Shown here in pieces: positions 53,293-64,000 of a stretch of 64,000 nt of DNA (its first letter is position 1; each line of letters begins with the position of its first letter). Made by a program: the position numbers and the translations under genes. The stretch spans positions 50,594,001 through 50,658,000 of the forward strand of contig NC_086097.1 in NCBI RefSeq assembly GCF_963921235.1, read 5' to 3'. The notes under the pieces are model-generated. The model did no database searches, was not told the DNA's origin, and saw nothing but the letters and a program-made list of their open reading frames with translations. This DNA comes from Mobula hypostoma (lineage: Eukaryota).

Positions 53293-53752
53293 CCAGGCAC
53301 CAGAGCAGATCGGAGCAGCTGAACTCTACGTTTAGACGGAGATTTAAGTGCCGGGCCAAATCGAGGACAGCCACAGGCAAATTGAGGTGGTGGGGTCCTG
53401 GCCCCAGGGCGTAGAGGCAATTGAACTCTATGTTTGTACGATGATTTAGGCACCGGGCCAGATTGAAAAGGTCATGGTGTTGGGCCCCAGGCAAGGGACA
53501 AACTGATTCAGATTGCTGCTCTGCACTGAACTATAGGACTCTCTTTACAGACTTAAACTCAGAACGCTATTTGCTTGCTGTTACTGTTTGAATGATGTGT
53601 TTTTTCCCCTCTCTGCACATTGGGTGTTCGACTGTCCTTTTTTAAAAATTTGGGTCTTTTTAGGTTTCTTTGTTTCGTGGCTGCCTGTTAGGAGATGAAT
53701 TTCAAGATTGTATAATTTATACAGACTGTGATAATAAATGTAGTTTGAACTT
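53293..53752 (+). mobile_element. Short retroposon with a Rex1-like tail splitting the CR1 RT core
   Basis: TSD tgataata at 53285-53292 and 53753-53760; CR1 frame YINDLNDN resumes as WIGKFVDDTK after it. Confidence 0.7.
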
Positions 53753-54849
53753 TGATAATATGGTAAATTGGATCGGCAAATTTGTGGATGACACCAAGGG
53801 AGTGCAGTAAATAGCGAGGAAGACCAAAGCTCGCAGTGGGATCTGGACCAGCTGGAATTTAACACGGATAAGCACAAGGTGTTACACTTTGGAAGGACAA
53901 ACCAGGGTAGAACTTGCAAGGTGACGGGTCGGCCACCGAGAAGTGTGGCAGAACAGAGGAATCTGGAAATACAGATTCATAATTCCATGAAAGTAGTGTC
54001 AAAAAGTAAATAGAGTCGTAGAAAGCTTTTGGCACTTTGGCCTTCATAAATCAAAGCATAGAGAACAGCAGTTGGGATGTTACGCTGAAATTGTACAAGA
54101 TGTTGATGAGGCCTAATTTAGAGTATTATGTGTAGTTCTAGTCACTTACCTACAGAAAAGATATCAATAAAATTTAAAGAGTGCAGAGAAAATTTACAAT
54201 GATGTTGCCAGGACTTGAGGATCTGAATTATTGGGAAAGGCAAGTAAGTTAGGACTTCATTCCCTGGAGCATACGAGACTGACAGATTTGATACAGGTGT
54301 GCAAAATTATGAGGTGTATAGATAAGGTAAATACAAGAAGGCTTTTTCCAATGAAGTTGGGTGAGACTAGAAGTCATGAGTAAGGGTGCAAAGTAAACTG
54401 TTTAAGAGGAACATGAAGAGGAACTTCTTCACTCAGAAGATGGCGAGAGTGCGGAATGAGCCACCAGCAGAAGTGATGGTTTCATGTTTGATTTCAACAT
54501 TTATGAGAAATTTAGCTAGCTACATGGATGATAGGGGAATGGAGCTATAGTCCAGGTGCAGGTTGATGAGGGCAGATTAGTAGTTTGGTACTGACTAGAT
54601 GGGCTGAAGGGAGTTTCTGTGCTATAGTGTTCTATGACTCTATGGATCCTTTGTGACCTCATCACTAACATCATTACAATCTCTCCCTCTGAACTGAAGT
54701 AAAAAGAATTTCTGACTGAGCTTTAATGAATGGAGTTGGGTGCCATGCTTCTTTACATTACCCAAGTTGAGCCCTGCTCCAACCCAAGTACTGCTGAAAT
54801 CCAGGTCATTGTCACCGCAAAGACATAACCACTGCTGCCCATTTCACTG

Positions 54850-55860
54850 CTTTGTACTCAGCCCACTGCTGTTCACATTGCTGACTCACGACTGCACTGT
54901 CAGATCCGCATCTTCAAGTTTGCTGATGCTATTACAGTGGTTGGCCTCATCAGCAACAATGATGAGTCAGCACAGAGTGAGGAGGTAGGGAGGCTTGTCA
55001 AATGGTGTGAGAACAACAACCTGAGTTTCAACCTGGACACGACAAGAGAGATGACTGTGGATTTCAAAGCAGCTCAGGTTGACCATTCTCCATTGCACAT
55101 CAATGGCTCTGCCATTGAGAGAGAGCGAAGTTCCTTTGTGTGCCCAAAACAGATGATTTAATCTGGATCTACAACACCATCTCACTAGTCAAGAAGGCAC
55201 AACAGCACCAACGCTTTCTGAAGAAATTGAGGCGTTCAAGCACTCCGCCCTGATTCTAACAACTTTCTACAGGAACGCCTTCGAGTGTGTCCTGTCTGGC
55301 TGTATCACTGTGTGGTACAGAAGCTGCAAGGCTTCGGACCTCAAGACTACAGTAATACTCCCCATAGATGTCACAAACGGAGAGGAAGAGGACCCCAACA
55401 CTCCTCGGCGATTTTTACTATCCACCAGGAGGAATATTGGGGTCTCCTTCCCTTCTGTTTGTGACATTTACGGGGAACATTGCAGACAAAGGGCCCAAAG
55501 CATTGTTGAAGATCCCCACCACTCATCCCAGAATCCTTCTGATCCACTACCATCAGGAAAAAGAACACCAGCATCAGGACTAGGACCGCGAGCTTGGGTA
55601 ACAGCTTCTTCCCTCAGGCTCTGAGACTAATGAATACCCTGTCACCTCTGAGGTCTCATCACAAAGACAGTGAGCTGTTCACTGTACTGTTTACCTATGC
55701 TGTGCTTTACTACATGTAATTTGAACATTTTATTAACTATTTATAGCATAATATTTTGGTTTATCAGCTGGGTGTGATACATGTATTGTGGGAGAACTGT
55801 GGTCCACAGGAATGTTGTTTCAGTTGCCTTCATGTATGTACTGTCAGAAGACAATAAATA
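54850..55860 (+). mobile_element. Rex1/Babar-type LINE 3' fragment (same subfamily as 7430-8540)
   Basis: VLSPLLFTLLTHDC, KFADA, WCENNNLSFN; shared 3'UTR. Confidence 0.8.
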
Positions 55861-57114
55861 TTGCTGCTTCCATTTATTAATAAATTACTAAATAATGAGC
55901 AACTATATCGTTGAACTGACTGCACTTATTGATTGATGTAAAAGAAAATACCATTCCATAATAAATTTGTTTCCAAGTATATATGGCTACTCCTGTAATT
56001 CATTGCTGGTTATTATCCATGCGTAACCTGACTACCTACAAAAAAAAATGACTTGTAACAAAAAGACAGTCGAGGCCAAGCAGCAAACCCTCCTATGACA
56101 TCTTCCCTCCAACCACAATATGTCTGTGATTCACAAAGTTTCTTGCATTTGCACGTTGCCTTACGAAACAATCAAGGCAGCAAACACTCATGGGCTAAGT
56201 ATTGTAAAATAAAACCGAGAGAAACTTGTACAGCAGAGGGACTTAAAATCTAAATACAGACCAGATTATGCTGTGTGCACCTAATTTTCTCCAGGACTCT
56301 GATAGTAAAGGCAAACTGGTCAAGGGTTGTATTTTGTATCGACTGAGACTCCATCATCAAAAGCTACACATCTCATTAGCTATTACTCTTTCAATAGCCA
56401 AGCCATCAAAGTAAACTCTGCTGGATAGAGCCAGAAGAAAGTAGATTTTTCCTGGAGGCAAATTAAACTAGTGTGGCTTTTTTTTGTCCCAGTAGAACAA
56501 TGCCAAAAAAAAACACCACCCAATTTCTAACACAAGGAATACAAATTGAGTGTGATTTGTATCTGATATTTCTAGTAATACTACAAGTCAGAGGTAAACG
56601 AAAAGTGCAGAGACCTGAGCTTCCATAACTAATGATTTGGCAACCACCTACATGAATAACTAATAATCTGGCAACCACCTACATTAATAAATACACATTC
56701 CAGTCCCTGCTCTGCCAGTAAAGTCAAGCACTTCAATTCGCCTGCCCACCCCTCCACTTCTTCCTCTCCGATGGTTAATGCTGATTTTCTTGGAGCTCCA
56801 CTCCTTTCCCTGACACTCTCAGCTTTAACTCCAATTTACCATCCAGCAGTACATTTTATCTTCCTAGGTTAGCATTGTGTGAATCTAAGGATGCAGAGCA
56901 CTGAAAGGCCAAGAGCATCTGTTGGAAAAGCAGTAACATCCATTTCTAGAAGTGGGTTGGATAATGATACTAAACATCTCAGATTTTGTACACCGATTTT
57001 GTATCAAACCTTAATCCACCATTTATTACGAAGATTAATGTTTTCCCATATTGGTGCATTACATTTATTACTGGAATACTACTCCTGACATGGTGATGTT
57101 GGCACTTCACAATC

Positions 57115-57542
57115 AGCCTTCCATCCTTGGACTCACTTTACACCGCACGCTGTCGGAGCAGTGCTGCCAGGATAATCAAGGACACGACCCACCCAGCCAA
57201 CACACTTTTCCTCCCTCTTCCCTCCGGGAGAAGGCTCAGGAGCTTGAAGACTCGTACATCCAGTTTTGGAAACAGCTTCTTTCCAACTGTGATAAGACTG
57301 CTGAACGGATCCTGACCCGGATCGGGGCCGTACCCTCCAAATATCTGGACTTGCCTCTCGGTTTTTTTGCACTACCTTACTTTCCATTTTTCTATTTTCT
57401 ATTTATGATTTATAATTTAAATTTTTAATATTTACTATTGATTTGTAATCCAGGGAGCGGGAAGTGCAGAATCAAATATTGTTGTGATGATTGTACGTTT
57501 TAGTATCAATTGTTTGGCAACAATAAAGTATAAAGTATAAAG
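57115..57542 (+). mobile_element. Rex1/Babar 3' fragment closely similar to 37640-38060
   Basis: ARIIKDTTHPANTLFLPLPSGRR...NSFFPTVIRLLN; taaagtataaagtataaag tail. Confidence 0.85.
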
Positions 57543-57959
57543 AATCATCTGAGTAACCTGTGTCAGGAATGCTTAGTGAATCTTGGACTGTCCTGCTAAT
57601 ATTCTACTGCATGCAAATCCCTCAACATTCCACTGAAGCAGGCGAGGTCATTCCTCTGTAACTCAAGTTTTGCAAAGATGGAAATGGATAAGTAGAATAA
57701 ACAGTATGGAGAAAGAATAGGGAGGAGACAAGAGGGCAAAGGTTTACTGCTCCAACTTAAAAATGGCCCCCATCAAGCCTAAATGCATGGTTGTTTGACA
57801 TTACTTAATTATGAACAGAATTATGTAGAGTTCAGACACAGAAGCTGCAACAAAGCAGCTTTTTCATTTAGCTTTATAGTTGCAACAATGAAGATTTACA
57901 TCTGCCTACCACCAGTTAGGAAAATAGGAAAGAATTGCTTGAGCTTCAAAGATCTCTCC

Positions 57960-58355
57960 TTATTGCTGTCATACAGGAGCCTCAGGAACCAAATCACTAG
58001 GTTCAGGAACAGTTACTACCCCTTAACCAGAGGGGATAACTTCGCTTGCCCTATCACTGAACTGTTCCACAACCTATGGATTCACTCTCAAAGACTCTTC
58101 TTCTCATGTTCTCAATATTTATTGCTTATTTATCATCATCGTTATTTATTGTCTTTTGTAGTTGTGCAGTTTGTTGTTTATTTTGCACATTGGCTGCTTG
58201 TCTGTCTTGTTGGGTGTGATCTTTCATTGATTCTATTGTCCCTCTTGGATCTACTGTGTATGCCAGCAAGAAAAAGAATCTCGGGGTTGTATTTGGTGAC
58301 GTACATGTTCTCTGACAATAAATTTACTTCAAACTTTAAAATTTACTTTGAACTA
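57960..58355 (+). mobile_element. Rex1/Babar-type 3' tail fragment
   Basis: RSLRNQITRFRNSYYP; aataaatttacttcaaacttt tail. Confidence 0.65.
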
Positions 58356-59599
58356 TAACTTAGGCATTGAAATATATTTTGTGTCCTCCCTAAAGTCACT
58401 GGCCCTGTGAAAGTATTCACATACACTGAAAACTGATAGGGTATACTACTTCAGTCTGCTTGCCTGTTTCTTCCTTAAAAAGTTTCACATTGTGTTCTTG
58501 GCTCCCACAGAGTCCTTTCTGGAAGACCAAAAGTAAAATCCCTCCACAGAACAGACTGCCTCTCTCTTACCCAGATTTCATATCATCCTTGCCAGCTGAT
58601 TATCTTTCAATGTCTTTGCATGGTTTTCCATGCTTTCAATTTTGGTGTCAACAGTATGAAATAAATGGCCTCCTTTGTGGGCCTACGTGGGAAAATCTAA
58701 GTTTGCATCCCAGGGACGGTCATTGCAGCCTGACAAGTATCTTATAATGCAGTAAAATGTATCAACAATAACTCATTTCCAGTCAGGAAAGTGGGGAAAA
58801 AAAATGGAAGATGCTGAAAATTTGAAATAAAATCAGAACGGAAAAGCAATAAACTGCTCTATAAATACTCAGCAGCTCAAGCACTATTTGCGGCAAGAGA
58901 ATGAGTGAATGTTTCAGCTCAATAGGTTATTACCAAAAGGGGGCAACATTAGAGATAAAAAATTTAAAATACAGGGAAAGGAAGGGGGGGGGGGAAGAGG
59001 AGAAATTAAAACCATTACTAGGAATCATACCGCAAGGTGAAAGTGCTAATAGTTACACATTATATTTTCTTCTTGTGTTCTTTCTACTGCTGGCATTCGT
59101 GCATTGTGGTTTCACCTAGTTACCTCCTTTTTAATTGCACCTAATGCTGCTCCTGGGACACTCTTCCACACACCCATCTGAAGTAGCGTTAGCCCCCCAT
59201 GTTTGACAGTAATGGTATAAGACATAGACATGCTATTCCAAGTGATTACAGATGGTGATGAGTTACAGTTCTTCTGTTGAAGGACACCAGATATGTATAG
59301 TTTTGTGTAGCCAAACTTACCTAATTTTTATTTTTAAAAAAATCAAGTTACATCAGTAACACAGTGGCCTGTCACAAGATGGCAGCACTGTTTAATGATC
59401 TTTGGAGGTCATTTTAAACTTGAGCACAAATTATGAATATTCATGAAAAGGCAAAACTTCACATTACAAGTAATATCACAGTACATGGCTGAAAATTATT
59501 TTCCACTTGATCAATTTAGTAAGGATCTTAGTGAGAGGGAATTAATCATTTTGTAATTTTGTAGTAGTTCACCTCAGTTTAACAACAGAAACATCTTAC

Positions 59600-59698
59600 C
59601 TGCAACAGATCGAAGTAATGCAAGCAATGATAAATTGGGACTAAAAGTAGTTGTGGAAGTACATATTGAACAGCTTCTTTAAATCCTTCAGCAATAGA
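59600..59698 (-). CDS. SOS2: SOS2 exon 8 (end of DH domain), 99 nt
   Basis: tag|TCTATTGCT...TTGCAG|gtaag; translates [33 protein letters not shown]. Confidence 0.95.
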
Positions 59699-60554
59699 CT
59701 AGAAAGCAAGATTTATAATTTATTAGCAATGGCTTGCTCTTTGAATTACTTCATTAGATTGTAAACATCATAAAGAACCTTGAAGCCACAAAACAAGCAT
59801 AAACTTATGAATTGAACCATAATTATCATTTCATAATGATTGATAGTAGATTCTGATACACCTACAATAAGAGTGCAATTAAATTTTTAAGATCTCCTTT
59901 CACCTTTATGCCCTTTAACTGCTTATTAAAATGGAAAGTTATTTAGGTAATCTCACTGCAAAAGATAGGCAATCATAAAGAAAACAGCAAGTTAAGTGGA
60001 GCAAAGTATGAAGTCAATGCATCACTTATAATGTTAGCCTTCTATAAAGGGACAGGAAATCAATAGATTACTTTTGCTAGCAAGTCTAGAGCAATCAAGT
60101 TTAAAAATGCAACTATATTGATCTCTGGTCCTCACCAACAAATAAAAGCTACAAAAGTTTGCACTTCTAACTGCAAGATCATAGCAAGAGACATTTTTTA
60201 AAAAGAAAGTTAGAAGTGCTTTGCAGTATAAAGATAATTCAGTGTTTATTTCAGAAGAAAAAAAAATAAGACCTTAAGGGTTATTTTGCCCATGCAGCAA
60301 CGTGACCAGATTGCTTTTAGAAGGGTTTCAGCATCTGCAGATTTTCTTTTGTTTTTGCTTTTAGGAGGGGATGGCTTTTGTTGATAAGAAGGGTTTCTTC
60401 ACAGATTATATAGCTTCTAAGAAATAATCTTTTTATGAAACAAAATTCAATTCAACTTAACTACAAAGATCAGGAGTCAGGATACAAATTATCACAAGTG
60501 TTGATCCTCACTGGAGCAGTGAAGACAGATTGTTGTTCACTTAACAATTAAGAG

Positions 60555-61735
60555 AAGACCATAAGACAAAGGAGCAGAAGTCGGCCATTCGGCCCATCGA
60601 GTCTGCTCCGCCATTTTATCATGAGCTGATCCATTCTCCTATTTAGTCCCACTCCCCCGCCTTCTCACCATAACCTTTGATGCCCCGGCTACTCAGATAC
60701 CCATCAATCTCTGCCTTAAATACATCCAATGACTTGGCCTCCACTGTTGCCCGTGGCAACAAATTCCATAGATTCACCACCCTCTGACTAAAAAAATTTC
60801 TTCGCATTTCTGTTCTGAATGGGCGCCCTTCAATCCTTAAGTCATGCCCTCTCGTACTAGACTCCCCCATCATGGGAAACAACTTTGCCATATCCACTCT
60901 GTCCATGCCTTTCAACATACGAAATGTTTCTATGAGGTCTCCTCTCATTCTTCTAAACTCCAAGGAATACAGTCCAAGAGCAGACAAACGTTCCTCATAT
61001 GTTAACCCTCTCATTCCTGGAATCATTCTAGTGAATCTTCTCTGTACCCTCTTTAATGTCAGCACATCCTTTCTTAAATAAGGAGACCAAAACTGCCCAC
61101 AGTACTCCAAGTGAGGTCTCGCCAGCGCCTTATAGCGCCTCAACATCACATCCCTGCTCCTATACTCTATTCCTCTAGAAATGAATGCCAACATTGCATT
61201 CACCTTCTTCACTACCAACTCAACCTGGAGGTTAACCTTAAGGGTATCCTGTACGAGGACTCCCAAGTCCCGTTGCATCTCAGAACTTTGAATTCTTTCC
61301 CCATTTAAATAATAGTCTGCCCATTTATTTCTTCTGCCAAAGTGCATAACCATACACTTTCCAACATTGTATTTCATTTGCCACTTCTTTGCCCATTCTT
61401 CCAATCTATCCAAGTCTCTCTGCAGACTCTCCATTTCCTCAGCACTACCGGCCCCCCACCTATCTTCGTATCGCCAGCAAACTTAGCCACAAAGCCACCT
61501 ATTCCATAATCCAAATCATTGATGTACTATGTAAAAAGAAGCGGCCCCAACACAGACCCCTGTGGAACACCACTGGTAACCGGCAGCCAACCAGAATAGG
61601 ATCCCTTTATTCCCACTCTGTTTCCTGCCAATCAGCCAATGCTCTATCCACGTATGTAACTTTCCCGTAATTCCATGGGCTCTTATCTTGTTAAGTAGCC
61701 TCATGTGTAGCACCTTGTCAAAGACCTTCTGAAAA
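60555..61735 (-). mobile_element. Young CR1 LINE, 5'-truncated
   Basis: 263-aa open C-terminal ORF 60643..61434 (RPHLEYCGQFWSP...FFSQRVVNLWN); upstream RT motifs frameshifted. Confidence 0.9.
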
Positions 61736-63599
61736 TAAATTCAGACTCAGATTCCAGAAAGAACCACAAATAGTTACAAGATATCCAACATCATTCCTGT
61801 ACAAGGTCAAACTGTGTAATATTAGATTGTGAAACACATGATTTTTTTCAGATTCTGTAGAAATACTTTAATGTCTAGTCTGGCCAATGTGAATAGAAAC
61901 TCAAATAGGACTATAGAGCATAGTGGAAACTTTGCATATATAGGATCACGAAGGTTGCGTAGCACAGGAGGTCACAGCACTAACTCTGAATAAAAGTTAA
62001 CCAGTCCTGTTTCCCTGTTGTCTCTATATAGTCTAATAATTGTTTTTCTTCAGAATACTTATCCAGTTTCCTTTTGGATGCCACAACTAAATCAAGCTCA
62101 CTATCCAGATGAGCAGTCCGTTCCAGACCCTAAATACTTGCTGAATAAAAGCTTTTCTTCATGTCACTTATGGTCTTTTTCCAATTACATTTATTCTTAA
62201 CCAATCCTCAAATGGAAAGAATTTCTGATATTACCCTTCCTGAATATAAATTGTTCTATCAGACATTTCCTTAGCAACCAAGAACAATCTCCAGACTTTG
62301 TACTGCAACAATGTTGGATAGCCACACAACTGAAGTCTCTCTTTTCTGGAGGCAATATATTACATATCTTCCACACATTCTTGGAGCTTCTCACATCCAT
62401 TCTAAACTATTGCACCCTGACGTGGGTATAATGTTCCTATTCTGGTAAACATATTTTATAAAAGGTTTATCATGACTTTCTTGCTCTTGAACCCTACCAG
62501 TGTATTTATAAAAGCCAATGATTGTATACTCTTAGCTCCTTTCCCAGCCAGTCCTGCCAATTTCAACTAATCAACCAATACAGTATATTGTTAGTTTTCT
62601 CTGTTCCTGTACCCATTTAAAATTGTGTTCTTCAGTTTATATTGCAAGCAAAAATGTATTGCTTGGCAATTAAATACAAATGAATAGACCTTCTTGATGC
62701 ACCATACTGTGCCTTCACACTTGATGCACGCAGTCATGTTTGTTTCTGAGAAACTTTGACCAGTTTTTGATAAAGCTTACGATATGTAAGCCTGTCTCTT
62801 CTCAACTGGATCAACATAATTAAGTGAGCAGTTTCCTTAAAATCAATGATTTGCAGCTTTTAGAATAGATGGCATATATGAACTCAAAAAATTAAGTCCA
62901 TTGAATCTTTCCCAAACCTTTCCATGCCAAGAAACTACATCTGATAACCAGGTCAAAATGGTTAAACTATTTATAAAAACTAAGTCCATCCAGATATTGA
63001 ATAGTACATTCGAATGTGCTGTTAGGCTCATCTCATTTCACCATAATGCAAAAGCAGCTTATAATTTAATTATTGGTCTCAGTTTCATGCCTTACTTTAT
63101 CCTCCCTTTGTAAAACTATTTATTTAATAAATACCATGGACATTCCTCCTACTCCTAAATTCAAAAATCACCTCAAATATTCAGCATCCTTATACTTTCA
63201 GTGAATAACTCTCCTCTTAATGCTTTGATGACCTTCAGTAATGCATTATTTCAACAGCATGAATTTATAATTTTTTTTTGCTCAACTTATTAAGATGTTC
63301 TTCTGAGATTTAGTAAGGTATTCCTGATAAGTTAAATTAAGACCTTCTCAGCTTACTAAGGCATTCTTCTGAGAATTTAGTACTTATGGACAAGGACTTC
63401 CATCACCCATTTAACCTAATCAACTTCACTGCTATTTAAAACACCATGTGTAGAAGTTAGCCTCTAATTTCAGTAAATTCCTACCATTTGTAAATATTCA
63501 TGGACAGTGAAATAAAAAATACATTTCAAAATCTAATACCAAAAGACCCTGGATTTACCCTTAAAATTATAGGGGCAGTTTTGAAAGCTGCTAATTTAA

Positions 63600-64000
63600 A
63601 AACCAGAATTAGGTTTATTATCACCAGCATGCGACGTGAAACTTGTTAACTTATTAGCCACAGTTCAATGCAATACATAATGTAGCAGAGGAAAAAATAA
63701 ATAAAAAAATAAACAAGTAAATCAATTACATATATTGAATTGATTTTTTTTATGTGCAAAAACAGAAATACTGTATATTAAAAAAAAGGTGACGTAGTGT
63801 CCAAAGATTCAATGTCCATTTAAGAATTGAATGGCAGAGAGGAAGAAGCTGTTCCTGAATCACTGAGTTTTTGCCTTCAGGCTTCTGTACCTCCTACCTG
63901 ATGGAAACAGTGAGAAAAGGACATGCCCTGGGTGCTGGAGGTCTTTAATAATGGTCACTGCCTTTCTGAGACACCGCTTCCTAAAGATGTCCTGAATACT
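63600..64000 (-). mobile_element. Rex1/Babar-type 3' fragment running off the window
   Basis: Reverse complement of the 10450-10810 tail (IIKDLQHPGHVLFS...SGRRYRSL). Confidence 0.75.

Larger units (their letters stand above)
50340..54645 (+). mobile_element. Near-full-length degraded CR1 (ORF1 SGNH-esterase type and ORF2)
   Basis: ORF1 IPLNNRY, IGDSMV, HVGTND; ORF2 [47 protein letters not shown]; ctatga-repeat tail. Confidence 0.88.

Noticed and set aside
57783..58358. 191-aa hydrophobic ORF
   Set aside because: Runs through a T-rich LINE 3'UTR; compositional artefact
59700..64000. SOS2 exon 7
   Set aside because: No AFDPYE-like segment found; presumably beyond position 64000

Overview
Vertebrate genomic DNA, not prokaryotic. 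The repeat landscape (CR1, Rex1/Babar, Penelope-like elements, V-SINEs) suggests a cartilaginous fish, probably a ray; this is inference. The window holds two minus-strand genes in tandem. (1) The 3' part of SOS2, a Ras GEF: 16 coding exons from 59698 to the stop at 15260, all read with GT-AG boundaries and consistent phases, plus a ~1.3 kb 3'UTR. (2) The CpG-island 5' end and first two coding exons of VCPKMT/METTL21D. This is the same order I recall for human 14q21.3. Introns are dense in transposon relics: CR1, Rex1/Babar, RTE, Penelope-like fragments, two Tigger derivatives, a hAT MITE, tRNA/V-SINEs, and a BEL/Pao provirus with both LTRs and a 5-bp TSD plus a solo LTR of the same family. 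Best observations: a candidate 54-nt in-frame SOS2 exon resembling a duplicate of the 42-nt exon 21; a Val at the SOS1-Glu942-equivalent position of the catalytic hairpin; and a series of minimal hammerhead-ribozyme motifs in Penelope termini. I see no evidence for a wholly new multi-gene system. Exon numbers follow my recollection of human SOS2. Repeat boundaries without a TSD are approximate.
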